DNA of 64,000 nucleotides from Tubiluchus corallicola (lineage: Eukaryota > Animalia > Priapulida), in the NCBI GenBank assembly GCA_030141605.1, contig JAQGDQ010000193.1:1-64000 (forward strand), read 5' to 3'. This document shows, in pieces, positions 51,357-64,000 of this stretch (positions are counted from its first letter, which is position 1; the number at the start of each line of letters is the position of its first letter). The notes under the pieces were generated by a model. The model was not told the DNA's origin, ran no database searches, and worked only from the letters and a program-made list of their open reading frames with translations. The position numbers and the translations under genes were made by a program.

Positions 51357-54300
51357 GTTTGGTCCGTTGAACTTGATAAAAGTAAAGTCAGTTGAAGCAA
51401 TAAGTGTGTTATGAGGTCTGTAAGCATAGTAATCATATGCTAATCAGCAGAACTGTGGAAATGTTATGTCTTCTTTAAGGTGCACGTACTGTCAGGAAGA
51501 TATATGTAGTGTAGGATTGAACTGTGTTGAGTGTGACGATTTCAATCTTTGTTTACAAGTAAGTATCACAACTATATTTTACGTTACAACTATCCTATTG
51601 TAAAATTTGCGATGTCCTTATCTGATAAAAATTGTCAGCCATGGTGGTATTTTATCTGTCTGAAAAGTGTACAAGTAATTACCTTTACCTGTACCTTACC
51701 GTAATCTGCGGTAATGTTTACAGGTTATTGATAGTGATAAATGGTTCTTAGTGTACTTGGAATTGATTCCTTTCTTAACAGATGGCGTCGTCACGTTTCA
51801 TGTGTTATCTGTTCTTTTCTATATCATGTAATGTTTGCAACGCCGGATAGAAAAATTGTTGAACTGTTAACTGCTCACTGTTAACTGTTGATATACTTCA
51901 CAGTATGATATTATTGGCTTTAAAGAAGTAGCTGAGCCACTTAAAAGCTTGAGTAAGTTTGTTTAACGGAACATGTTTCAGAACATTGCAAAATCTAACT
52001 TAAGAAGCATACGGCACTTACATGATTTAATAAGTTTCTAACAGCACACCAGCATAGTTACGAACTTGGTCAAGTTAGATGAGCAGCTGAAATCAACAAG
52101 AAATCTGTTTCTAAACAGGAAGAAAGTCAAAAATTCTCTGCAGCTCGCGTTATAAATGTTTCCTGAGCACGTAGTGATGGTTCTTCAGTTCCACAGTTTG
52201 AAGCTCATTTAGACCGACTCTGTGCCAATCATCCTGAGAACTACATTGATCCTAGATTTCTGCAGTGGCAGCAAAGTGCTTTGTTGAGGGAACCTGACAC
52301 TTCATCATGGTAGAAGAACACAACGATACTGTTTTCCAGATAATATCATTAGTGTAACCACCTACTAGAATATTCAACGTGAATAAAGCATCCAGAGAAG
52401 ATTGGAAGGGTAAAAAGCGATCATTTATGCTTAACTCCTATCCACATGATAAGCTGTAAGCTATAAATTTTTGGGGGTGTAAAAATGGAAGACATCGTTC
52501 ATGATAGCTGTTTCTAAGTGTAGAGCCTTCGATTTTCCGTTTCAAAATTCAGCAAATTCTATTTCAAAGAATTCTTCAATTCTGCTTTACAGAAATTAGA
52601 AGCTGCAAGGCCTAGTATTTTCTTTAAGTTATGCAATATGTGAAAGATGGTAAATAAAAAAATGCACGAATTAAGCATGTAGTCAGACATTTTTTCGTTT
52701 ATATAACATAAAAACACCAACATTTAATTTTCAGTTTTAAAGACAAACAAAATCTATGCTATACACAAAATTTTGAGAATTCTATCCCATCATCTTTGTA
52801 CAAATCGTCGCGAAATTGCCTGGTTCTTTCATGAGCTGTTACACTCACAGCTGGTGCAGATCGTTTTACTTTCTTTTGTCGTACACTACCTTCATCGCCA
52901 ATTTTAAAAGTTGTACTAAATAGGCTTGATTTCTGATCAAAAAAGATAGAGTTTAAATAAATTCTAAAAATAAAGACAAAAAATTCACAGATGTGCTCTT
53001 TGTGGGAATGTGGGAAGTCTTTTTATGCTCATTGTTGATATTTGTTACAAGCTGACGCTAAAGAATTTCCTGTATTTCTCGTTGCAAACACAAAAACAAA
53101 CATAGTGAAAAAATGTAGTATGTGCAGTTTGCACATTTAAAAGCAAATCTCAGAGGAGAGTTTCTAGCAAAATTGTGAAAAACTGAAAAAAATGTTTAAT
53201 TCTGCAAGAAAGTAGCAAGTAAACTTTGTCTTTAGTTAAATTAAGTTTGCAGAAAAGTTTTTGTAGCTATTTTCATTTGTAGTACATTTTTAGGACATAC
53301 AACGTATGGAATTTCAATTTCTTATCCAAGTTGTCAAGCACACTTTTGTAAAGACATCACTGAACTTAGTAGGCCCAGTTGGATCATCAGTACTCAACAT
53401 GTATTTTTTAAATTCATCAACAAATCGAATTTGTAAGCTGTAACAGTCCACTATATATGTGTGTGTGTGCGTGCGTGCGTGTGTGTGAAATACGTATTTC
53501 ACCTTAGAAATAAGTATTGAGTTATTTAAAGGAAAATCGGATGATTGTGTAGAGTTCAGTTCTGAAACACGAGTTCAGAATAAAGAATGCTCTAATATAT
53601 TGAAAACTATGACAGCTTATTTTACATCATAGCTTAGATTAAATAATAATTACCTCGGATACTCAAATTTCGTTATACTTTCAAAGCTACGTGCGGCTCA
53701 GTGAATCTACCAAGATTGGCAGCGACACTTTTTTGTCAAGTGCGCGTGGCCAACAAACAGAAGGCGGTACCGTGTTAACCATGTGTGTTAGTTTCATGAC
53801 GTCATGTGATGTAAAGCCCATTTTCGTGACATCATGCATTTAAGCACAACTGTAACACCTATGCAAATGTGCTTGACGCGCAAATGCAGACGCCTGCCAT
53901 TGCACAAACTGTGGTTAGTTCTGATGTAAGCAATAGCAGTGTTGCCATTAATTAACTTTCTAAGCTAATTATTCAAATATAAGAAACAATTGCTAACTTC
54001 TATAGGCAAGAAAATGTATATTTTAGGCAGTAAATTAAAATCAGATTGAGTCTAAACAATCGTCCGGTCTTCCTTTAAGGTATTATCCCTGGACTATGAC
54101 CTAAACGTAATTATTATTATTATTATCTGCTAGTCTTATATAGACCTAATTACAATTGTGTATAAAATTGTAAACATTAACTTAACTCTTGCAGCAAGAG
54201 CTGACAAGTTTTTTCAACTCTGTGTCCAGTGATACAAAATTTTTTGTTGCCTTGTATTGCAGGATGTGAATTTACAAAGCCCTAATGACATTCTAAGTAC

Positions 54301-57300
54301 CACCACAGAGCTATTAATCCTAACTACCACCACAGAGCTACTATGTTGTGAATGTGTGAAGGCATAAGCCTAATGATCAAAAAAATAATTTATATGTAAA
54401 GCTGGCTGATCTCAACAATTTAATTAATTAATATGGTTACTAAAATGACTCTAATATGTCTTTCATCTTTTTATCCACCATGAAATTCATAATGATTCAT
54501 GATGTTTCGTCTCATTGTATCCATTTTAAAAGATGTTTTAAAATTACGCATTCATTTTCACATCATTCCTGCACCTTAGTTTTGTGAAGATTCACCAACA
54601 TTATTTACTGTTAAACAGAGTTTTTTATTCTTTGCCATTTTTTCTACTGTAATGTTGTAATTCAATTCTGTTTCTTTTACAGTGTGCATCTTGTGGTGTT
54701 GAGGTTGGTGGACATAAGAAGAGCCATGATTACAAAGTTGTGGTGAGTCTAAAAAGTTTAAGCAGTATTTATGAATTAGAAGTAGTTTGGGGCAAGGTTG
54801 GCACTGTCAAGAATTTCTTTTCTTGCGAAAATAATTCCTTCATCGGAAGAGTATGGAGCATCATGATCGTGGAATGGTAACTAAATGTGTACGTCTAAAA
54901 CTTTTGCCTCTGGTCACTTGACCTTATAAGTGAAATTAAAAGCTGCAGTACGTAACCTTATTGATAGACTGAATATAGATATATGTGTATGCAAATATAT
55001 ATATATATATGTGTGTGTGTGTGTATGCTTGTATAGACATTTTTCATCTCATCTGAATGTAGACTTGAAAAAATATTTGTAGTCACTGAACTACCGTGGA
55101 AATTGGTGATCATTTTTAAAACTCTTCATTTGCTTGATGTCATGTGAAAATTGTAGTAATAAGTTTTGTAACTTTGAACCCTGTAACGCAACTGTTTGTG
55201 CGGGTGGACGAGGTGTTTTGATGGGTAAAGCTAAAAAGTGAAGCTAAACAGTGTTTGATTTGCATATCAAGATACCTTGAATTATTGAACTATATTCAGG
55301 AAACTAGAAGGTCTTGGATTCGAGATCCAGTCGAGTTGCAAAATTTTTTACAGACTTTCTAATTTGATCTTGCTCTCCTGTATTTATATGATTTGTTGTG
55401 ACCCACAACATTCTGAAGTTAATGACATTCAACTGTTCATCAAGAGTATAAATTTACATTATATCAACTTTTCCCTTCTCGTTTTTGAAATACACACAGC
55501 AATGTTTATTCAAAAGCACCTCTGGGTCAAAGTGGTGATAAATTTTGAAAAAAAAAATACTGTAAAAAGTGCCTATAAACGATTGACATGCCTGATCAAC
55601 GTCGGGAGATAATAGTGCACTTAAATTAAATCTTGACAGCAGATTTAAGAAAATAATGATCATCAAAGCTTTTATATTTCCAAATTTTCTAAAGTAATAG
55701 TATTTTAACCTTTTCAGATTTCATATGTCCCAGATTTATATAAGACCCAATTCAATGGGTCAATATAGAACAGAGTTTACACATACTAGTAATGGGTGTC
55801 AACACCGATGTCCCAGTCTCCCAGAAAACCAATCTGGACATTTGTTATAATAATATTTAAACATGGCTAACTTGTATGGTAAAACATAAGTCGTGTGGTA
55901 AATACAACTGTTTTCATTTATTAACTAACGTGGACTATATATATAAAGTGTTGCAAGATTACGTGTTTAGCAGAGGAATATAGTTTTGTCATTGATTAGG
56001 TATGATTATTAATAGGGGCTTTCTTATTGTTAGAACTTTTTGAAAATAGTTTGAACCGAGCTACATTGCTTTACGGAGACCTGTAAAAAGTGAAACATAA
56101 AAAATTCATGCTCTTTACACATAATTTTAATGCCCACCATTTCAATGTTAGTTTGTAGCCTTGTCTCCTGTGTATAGCAATAAATTATGTAAAGTAAAAA
56201 AATCTTCATCAAAGTTTTATTTTACAAGTTTCCGCCCTTTCTTCAAAGGCATTTAAAACCCATTTTAAGTACCTTCAAAGTTGTTCTGTTGTGCCGATAC
56301 CTCCACATTTGCACATAAAGAAAATTTTTTCTTTGTGTGTTTTCTGGGCTATTTTGTGCTCAAATGCTGGAATTGATGATTATAATACTGAAGTGTTTAT
56401 AATGTCCATTTAGACTGAAAATGGTTGTGGTGTTACATGCTCACTGATCAACTCCTTTACTTTACTCGGACGTGTGTAGCTTTTATTCCCGTCTTTTACC
56501 ACTCGAATTATAAGATGTCTTTTTGCTTTGACATCTAGGTTAGAAATCTTTCGTATTTTGTCTTTACAGTTAAAAGTAGAGTTTCAGTTCTGATTTGACA
56601 TGGTTGCTAGAGAACGGAAAGTTCAAGAACAACTTGAATATGTTTGCCTCTCTTCTGTACCGCGTGAAACGGTTATGCAACTTCTTTCATGTGACGCTTG
56701 CCAAATTTTCAGCCTAGATGTTGATGGTTAAGGTTGTTTAAAGTGTACTATTTTAAACCTTCTATTGTCTCTTTCTAATTCTATTGTACTGTAATCCTGG
56801 ATTTGGCGTTTTATAATTATGCAACGTAATTATTTGACTGTTTCTATTGAATGTATAATTACAGGAATCCCAGCTTAAATTCTTAGTAAGCCACCGGAAA
56901 TTAATGCAGAAAATGCTACAACAGATGGAATAATTAAGTAATCGCGGAAGTTCTTTCCAGCATTAACACTTTCTCTTCTTTAACAGACATTTCCGTTTAT
57001 AGAATTGAGTTTTTTAAATAAAAGCGTCTGCTATGGTTGTCACGCTTGGCCTGGCAGCTCTGTTCAATACTGTAAGAAGCTAATAACAGGATAGCCAATC
57101 AGAAACTTTAGCTACTACTGTATGTGACGCTAGCGTCATCTCTCGACGGCGTGCCTCTTGCTGTTAGTGACTTGTAAAAGGGATACAGCATAGCATGTGG
57201 AGCAAACAAAGGTCTGGGCCCTGTAGGCTAGTCTCTGTAGACTGTAGATTTTCTGCAATTGATCGCAATGATGCTTGGACTGCACAGGTCATACTAGTGT

Positions 57301-60300
57301 ACCAGGTGTATGCCTTTGTTCGGGCGTATTTTATACAGGTTTATTTCTTTGTTTGCTGATTGTACGGAGCTTTGTAAAATGTCTTGTCAGTGTCATATAG
57401 TCGTTTTGCACACATCAAAGTCTCGGGTGACGTTTTTGGAATTCTCGGTAGCTGTGTAATTCATACGGTGCCTGGGTAGAAGCCGTATTTCCTGTGTGAT
57501 GTTTGTCTCAAGGAGTGTTTTGTGATACAACGTGCTGTATAAACTGGAATTCCGCTCCTCCCGTGATTCGTCTTTTACGTGATGTTTGGCAAGAGGAAGA
57601 AGCGAAAGAAAACGTGGAAAGTATCGAAATTGCAACGACTGAGATCGCTAGGGGTAGGTTTCAGAGATAATATGCGTTAAGGACTTTAGTTCTCATTTTT
57701 TGGTAAGCAAATTCGTTTTATAGAATTTTGATGAATTTAGAATAATTAGAACGCAATTTGAATAACAATGACAATTCGTTCATTGTACTTTGTTAAATTG
57801 TTGGCGTTGTGTCGGTTTCTTCATTTTATATCTTCGAGGAGATTCGCGTATCGTGCTACAGAAACTTGAAATATAAAGCAGCGATTCAGACTAATAACCA
57901 GATCTGTTCGGCAGATGTGCTATCTCTCCCAACTCGTCCATAGTTAAGAAGGTTACTGGTTGCTATGCTGCTAATAGGATTTTTTTCTCAATTAATGCAT
58001 TAAACTTGGTTTTAGCTTTACTGTGCAACAGTAACTACTGTGTGTTTGCTGCTACTGTACTTAGTGTACTTCATACTGTCATAGCATATTTTATTATTTT
58101 ATTTAACCTGATTTAGGTGGGCTCATTTGTGATTTACAGAGTATATTTCCACAGGGATTAACAGTAATATAGGCTCCCTAGCAAAGAGGTGCACTGGGGC
58201 GCCTACCTACACAGTCACTCTCACAAATAAATGGTCCATAAAATTTAAGTATGTATTTGTTGTATTGTTACTTCCAACAAATTAAGTGGTTAAACATTAA
58301 AAACATGCTGTACAGCAAAGACTAATGAACACAAACCTTTGAACAACATAACCTGAGCCTTGAAAAACAATAAAATTCCAGCATATAAATTATACTCAAT
58401 TGGTAAACCATATAGATGGCACAGTATGAAATTACTATGAATTACTTATTAATCAAGCGTTCAATGCAAACATTTGTAACACAATGACAAATACTTGTAG
58501 TGTAGTATAGTATACTATTTTTTATTGACAGCAGGTACAACATATATAGATTAGCATGGGGCTCCTGTGCTCTTGGGGGGGCTCGGGCAGTTGCCCGTGC
58601 TATTCGTGTTCTGAACATCACTGTATATTGATTTTTGATTTCAGGATAATGGTAGATTTCCAGTATTTCAGACGTCCACCGTGTGGACAGCGGCCGAAGA
58701 GATGCTTCTTCTTGATGCCATAGAACAGTATGGTTATGGCAACTGGTGAGCATCTTCCAGAAGTGTTTTATAAATGTACAAGCATAAAGCTTTTTTATAA
58801 TCAATACTTTAGTTCTGTGATTTCCTAGTTGCCTGTCATGATCACATTAAATGGAGCTGATAACCTTGTAATTTTTGTTATTTTAGGGATGACACAAGTG
58901 CATATGTCGGGACCAAAACTTCTCATGGTAAGCTTTGTAACTATAGCCATATTGCCATTCTTTAATCTTTAAATTTTTCAATCTTTTTTTCATTCAGGTC
59001 TTTGTGTTTCAAGCCGTTATCAGCTTGTATTAGCAGTATATTTTAACTTGAGCAAACTTCTCAATGCCGAGAGTTGGCAAATCTGGAAACTTCTAAAAAA
59101 TATTAAACCTCATAACTTTTTCTCGAAAAGTAGTTAAACTAACGTGGTTAAATGTTAACAATTCTATAATAACTTCTAATTCAAAGCTACAAAGTTGTGA
59201 AATGTTACATATGCCTTAAATTCGGTTGATGATCACAGTAATATGGGACACCTTTTCGCGCCATTTTCTTTGAACTTATTAAAGACTGCTTGGCTTGGCT
59301 ACACTCTAAACTGGTTCACAGAAAATATTTTCTTTTTATTTGATAAAGTCGAAATTTGTTGTTGTTTTTGTTTTCCGTGAGAAAGAAAAGGTGTTCTGCG
59401 AGATTGCCGTAAGTGGCTAAGATAGCTCGAAACTCTCGCAAACCGTGAGAGTTGAGAAGTCTGTTCAGCACACAGGAAAAATCTCTTATCTGATGATCAG
59501 TATGTAAGCTAACATACTTGAGACTTCTTACATTACCTGCTGCTTGATATCATTGCCCTAAAAGCCGAAAGTTTCTTGACATCATGAAAATCTCTTTTAT
59601 AAAAATAAATGTCTGTAAGAGTCATAGTCGTTGGTCTGCAGTCAGTATGCTGGTCACGTTTATCGTAGTCAGGGCAAATAGATAAGTCCATACACTAATA
59701 TTTGTCTGTGTAAACCCTGGGGCCAAGACCTGTAGTAAAGACGTGCCTATAATTCCCAGTTGCCAGGAACAGGTTCACTGGTGTGTCATGCCTTTGTGTA
59801 CCTTGCATGGGCCTTTTAAAACTTGATCACTGATCAATGATTATGTCTGAACTCTGTTAAGACAAGGTGTTGATGTTAGTAATTTAGCCTGTTTCCACTG
59901 TATAAACCTTTTGCACTGCAATGTACTTGTGTGTTAAATACTTTCAGAAGGCCATAAGCCTCGGTGTTTATTAATGAAGTTTTCGTGTCAAACTTCGAAA
60001 TAAATTCTGATTTTTTTCAATCAGTTTTAGGTTTGCCAAGTGCATCATTTCGTGGTAGTTTGTTAGGCCCAGTTAATTTAGATTTTAGATTACTATTAAC
60101 ATTTTTAACAATTGTTTGACACCAGTTTTTGAATGGGGCAAGCTTATTTTATTAAGAAGATGGTGAGCAGGCAGGGCAGTGGTAAAGTAAACAGCTGATC
60201 TTTTATTTTTTGTTACCAGCGATTTTACTATTCTTGTTTGAAATATACCCTTCGTTTGCAGCATTTTTGTACCTATATTTGTGATGTGTCCTTATGAATC

Positions 60301-63300
60301 ACTAACATTAAATAACGTACATAAATTGCCCGATACAGTATTACAAAACGACTCATTAAAAACCACAAAGATTACATCACTTAGCTGTTTTTTATATCAG
60401 TCTTTCAACTGTATCCCTTGCGTTAGGAATTTACACAGTTAATAATGTTAGTAGTTAGTGTGTTAGTCTTGTAGATTATTAGTTTTGTATTTGTGAAGGT
60501 CACTGATTTTCAGCATTGTCAAACATTTTTACTGTGTCATTTTTCTGTACGTGTGAGTTTCATAGCTGTCAGTTTTTGTCTAAACTTCAGAAAATAATTA
60601 GGAAATTTACAACCATCTAAGAAGAACCTATTTCTGCTATTTATGCTTTTGGTTTGTCAACTTCACTCACAGTTAATTTAAGAGCTTCTTGAAATTTGTT
60701 GTTTCTTAAAATTTAGATCTTACTTTTACAAATATCTTGTGATACAACATAATGAATGTAATTTTTATTTTTTGTATTTTTTGCTCGATATTGCTAATTT
60801 TAGGTGTTTATAATTTTCAGAAGTGAAAGAACATTACCATTCGTTATACATAAATGGAAATATTGGAAAAGGTTTGTGAAATACTTTTTGCTATCTCATG
60901 CACTATTTATGCACTGTACATCTTAAATTGTACTAGCTCACAAGTAAAATGGTTTTTTATATATTATTAGTTGTTATAGTTAGAAGCAGTGATGTTTTCG
61001 AAATGAAATTTTTTGTTTGGTTTGCCCATAATTGCTCTTTTGGTTTCGATTTCAGCGAAATTCATTAAGTTTCCTTGCTGAAATTTCGGATAATTTTTGG
61101 TAACACTTTTTCAAAGTTTTTCTAGTATCTATCCAATTTACCTTTTCTTTTCTCCTAAATGTCAAAAGTCTTTTCGAAATAGTTTAAATAAAGCGAAAAT
61201 TTCGTTTACATAACAGTTTGTGTCATGCTTTTACCGGTAATGCAATATACTCCAGTGTAACACAATAATTTTTGTTAGGTAAGCCACTCCATCAAACTTG
61301 AGGTTCTATATTATAAAACCTCTTTGTATTTTCTACCTGTAAAATTTTTTACCAGTAATTTTGCATCACACAAAAACAAACAAACAAAAAACAAAATAAC
61401 TTATTTAATTTTTATTAAATGGTTTAGCAAAAATGCTTAGGTTCGGTTTCGTTTCAGTATGGGTTTCCTATGTTTGATAAATTTCGGTTTCCGTTTCGTT
61501 TTGTAAATTCAGTTTCGGTAACATCCCTGGTTAGAAGGTTTTGACTACTTACATGTTGATTGAGTCAGTCCATTAGTGCTTAAATAATCTGCATGTACAA
61601 AAATTAATTCTGCCCTGGCTGATTTGTGATACTATTATTTTTCAAGTTACCACAGCAACTGTGGTGAACATTTACCTTGCATTTTATTCTTTTTGCAGTG
61701 ACACTTCCAAAGGAACATGCAACTGATATTGCGGACCACACCGTCGTTTCTGGAGGTATGTACTGTATTATTGTTTTTGTATACATTTAGATTAGGTTGT
61801 TGCTCAGCATCGCATGGACTTGTTGCTAAATTCTTGCATTTTAGTGCAATGCAAGTGCTAAATACAGTTAAACATCTATTTGTTTTGTTTTGCATAAAGA
61901 GATATAAGAGCATTAGCTGTTCAATAGTTACAAATTTTTTTGAAGGTTTTATGCATTTGTCACTTTAAAAGTATATTATTAGGATGATTGTTTTTAATGG
62001 ACAGTTGTTACTTCATACATTATACACTCATATATCGGTTTGCCGGACAAAAGCGGGGAGACGTCTGTCCGAATTTGCCGATTGTCTGTATTTTCCGATA
62101 CTAAACTATTACAATAGGCGCTGTGTGTTAGATTCATGGTTATGTAAAATCTATTTTATCATATTTTCTCAAAAACGTCTAGTACCGGCCGCGCCTATGC
62201 AAAAGGATGTAAGAATGGTAGGCAATTGACTCAAATAACTCTGCATAATTGATTCTATATTTTAATTCATCGAGATATACCCATGGTTACACTGATGTAA
62301 GTGATGTAAACAAAGTAACGTTCTGCCAACTACCGGTCAGCTCGCGAAATAACGGACTGTGTCCGTATTATGCGGGATCAGATTTTGTCCGAATCTGCCG
62401 ATGTCCATAAAAGCGAGGTCCGGCAAACCGAGATATGAGCTTACAGTATAATCTAATAATGCGTTTTTACAGGACCTTTATCTCCCAGTCTTGCCACTCA
62501 CGATGGTGGTTTGGAAATCACAAGTGAAGATTATCACTTGCTTGGTTACATGCCTCTACGTGATGACTTTGAAAGAGAGTATGATAACGAAGCCGAAACT
62601 CTAGTCAGCGGATTAATGGAAACTCAAGAGGATGATGAGTTAGATGCAGGTATCATGCTAAAACTCCTAATATTCTAAGGACATTTTGAGACTGAAATAT
62701 GGCAACCTGAACAAATAATGTAAACACGTTGTTTAAAGAAATTCTGATACCAATGGTACAAGTTTAGCAATTTCTTGTCGAAAATTTGCCATCCCAATCT
62801 AGAGAGAAACCAATGAAAAGTTTAATTTTCTGCAGCAATTCGACAACTTTACGTTGCATTTCTTTCCTTATGCTCTGTAGGCTTTTCTGTCTAATCTAGT
62901 TAGTAAGGAGGCAGGTGGAGCAGTTCAAATCTTGCGTGTGTCAGTGAAAATGATATTAACATGATGGTGTCCTCGTAGCAATGTGCGAGTGAAAACTTCT
63001 TGTGATTTGGTGTCTAGATGCTCCTTCAGACAACCAGATAAATTGAAACTATGGTGTAAACATCACAATTTTGTATAAGCCGGGCATCACTAGCTGCGTA
63101 CATTGACCTAGAAAAGATATAAGGTTGCAATAATTCGGAAACTTAGTAAACATGGCAAGCTAGTTTGTCGGCCAGCCACACAGACCAGTGCACAGATGAC
63201 TTCTGCCAGTCCTCCGGTAGCTTCACAAAAATTCCTGGGAGGACAGGCATTCAATTTCCACATTAAATAGTATAATTTTCATTTAGAGTACAATTTACTC

Positions 63301-63837
63301 TGCATTGGCGAGTTTTTCCTAACATTACTGTGTTAGCATGTAAAAAACCAAAAACTTTCATTCGGTCCTATGTTTTGTTGTTGTTCTCATTTTTAGCTGT
63401 GAAGTTGACTCAAGTGGACATGTATTCACGGCGTCTGCGAGAGCGAGCGAGGCGAAAGCGAATCATCCACGACTATGGGCTAGTGCAAGAATTCTTCAAC
63501 CTAAACAACGGCAAACAGAAATCACCAGCAAAACGGAAAATTACAAAAGAGGAAAAGTTAGTGTGAATGTAACACTTTGTGAAATTTAATGCAGATGTAA
63601 TTTTGTAGATGTGGTTAGACCATAGGTTTTGCATTGATAGTTTATCTCACTAGTCGGTTATTTCTTTTGTTAAAACTTTGATTTGCCAAATTGTTTATGA
63701 ACATATGTAATGAGAAAAGATATGGATTCTTAATGTGCTACATTTTTTATCTTCTAGGGACTTCCAAGATAAAATGAGAGCATTTGCTCAATTCCAGTCA
63801 GCCATAGAACAAGAACAATTCTTTACTGAACTGCAGC
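51345..63837 (+). CDS. TADA2B: Transcriptional adapter 2-beta (SAGA subunit), 10 coding exons in window, 3' end beyond right edge
   Basis: ZZ finger, SANT domain and Ada box (GPLSPS...LGYMPLRDDFEREYDNEAETLVSGL...VDMYSRRLRERARRK). GPLSPS and VDMY resemble Ada2b rather than Ada2a. Splice phases consistent over 847 nt. Confidence 0.92.
51451..51558 (+). CDS. TADA2B: TADA2B exon, ZZ finger
   Basis: RCTYCQEDICSVGLNCVECDDFNLCLQ|gtaagt; 5' boundary at cagcag is less certain. Confidence 0.85.
52745..52910 (-). pseudogene. hAT transposase / CGGBP1-like zinc finger fragment
   Basis: VTAHERTRQFRDDLYKDDGIEFSKFC, then a frameshift to YSIDFV. Confidence 0.5.
53530..54074. mobile_element. Kolobok-like MITE
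   Basis: TTAA on both sides; imperfect TIRs AGGAAAATCGGATGATTG and AGGAAGACCGGACGATTG. Confidence 0.75.
54683..54742 (+). CDS. TADA2B: TADA2B exon, end of ZZ finger
   Basis: CASCGVEVGGHKKSHDYKVV; ttacag/gtgagt. Confidence 0.92.
58645..58745 (+). CDS. TADA2B: TADA2B exon, SANT domain
   Basis: DNGRFPVF...WTAAEEMLLLDAIEQYGYGNW. Confidence 0.94.
58887..58927 (+). CDS. TADA2B: TADA2B exon, SANT domain
   Basis: DDTSAYVGTKTSH; ttttag/gtaagc. Confidence 0.9.
60821..60871 (+). CDS. TADA2B: TADA2B exon, end of SANT domain
   Basis: EVKEHYHSLYINGNIGK. Confidence 0.92.
60987..61529. mobile_element. hAT (Ac/Tip100-like) MITE, 543 bp
   Basis: TIRs CAGTGATGTT and CAGGGATGTT, 8-bp TSD GTTAGAAG, subterminal TTTCG repeats. 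Confidence 0.88.
61699..61755 (+). CDS. TADA2B: TADA2B exon
   Basis: TLPKEHATDIADHTVVSG; ttgcag/gtatgt. Confidence 0.88.
62025..62446. mobile_element. MITE with about 22-bp TIR and TA flanks
   Basis: CTCATATATCGGTTTGCCGGAC at left and GTCCGGCAAACCGAGATATGAG at right. Confidence 0.75.
62473..62649 (+). CDS. TADA2B: TADA2B exon, Ada box
   Basis: PLSPSL...LGYMPLRDDFEREYDNEAETLVSGL. Confidence 0.95.
63397..63556 (+). CDS. TADA2B: TADA2B exon
   Basis: VKLTQVDMYSRRLRERARRKRIIHDYGLV. Confidence 0.93.
63758..63837 (+). CDS. TADA2B: TADA2B exon
   Basis: DFQDKMRAFAQFQSAIEQEQFFTELQ. Confidence 0.92.
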
Positions 63838-63978
63838 GTAAGTTTTGCATTTTGAAAATGATTTGGAAGTGACTATCTGCTTGTTTTTCTATGTGCGTCC
63901 ACAGTAAACAACTCGTACTTTGACATTGTTTTTTTATTGTCTGTAGCACATAATAGAGTCATGCTATTGCCTCTGGTG

Positions 63979-64000
63979 CTCTCTCTCTCTCTCTCTCTCT
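63979..64000. repeat. (CT)n microsatellite at the window edge
   Basis: Direct reading. Confidence 0.9.

Overview
AT-rich, intron-rich eukaryotic DNA from an invertebrate animal; the exact taxon cannot be determined from the sequence. Three protein-coding genes are supported. (1) A papilin/lacunin-type extracellular matrix gene on the minus strand, with 23 coding exons assembled by hand from the ATG at 32293 to 136 (5533 nt, about 1844 aa, splice phases consistent, running off the left edge). It encodes a signal peptide, TSP1, ADAMTS Cys-rich and spacer domains, six more TSP1 repeats, ten lagrin-type Cys repeats and a first Kunitz domain. (2) An intronless class A GPCR on the plus strand (33549-34622), probably nested antisense in the papilin 5'-UTR intron. 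(3) TADA2B on the plus strand, 10 exons from 51345, running off the right edge. The most unusual feature is the papilin central region: acidic heptad repeats carrying about 85 N-X-T sequons in three exons, next to a Ser-Gly cassette exon and a candidate RGD micro-exon. Introns contain hAT and Kolobok-like MITEs with TIRs and TSDs, LINE and SINE remnants, and mini/microsatellites.
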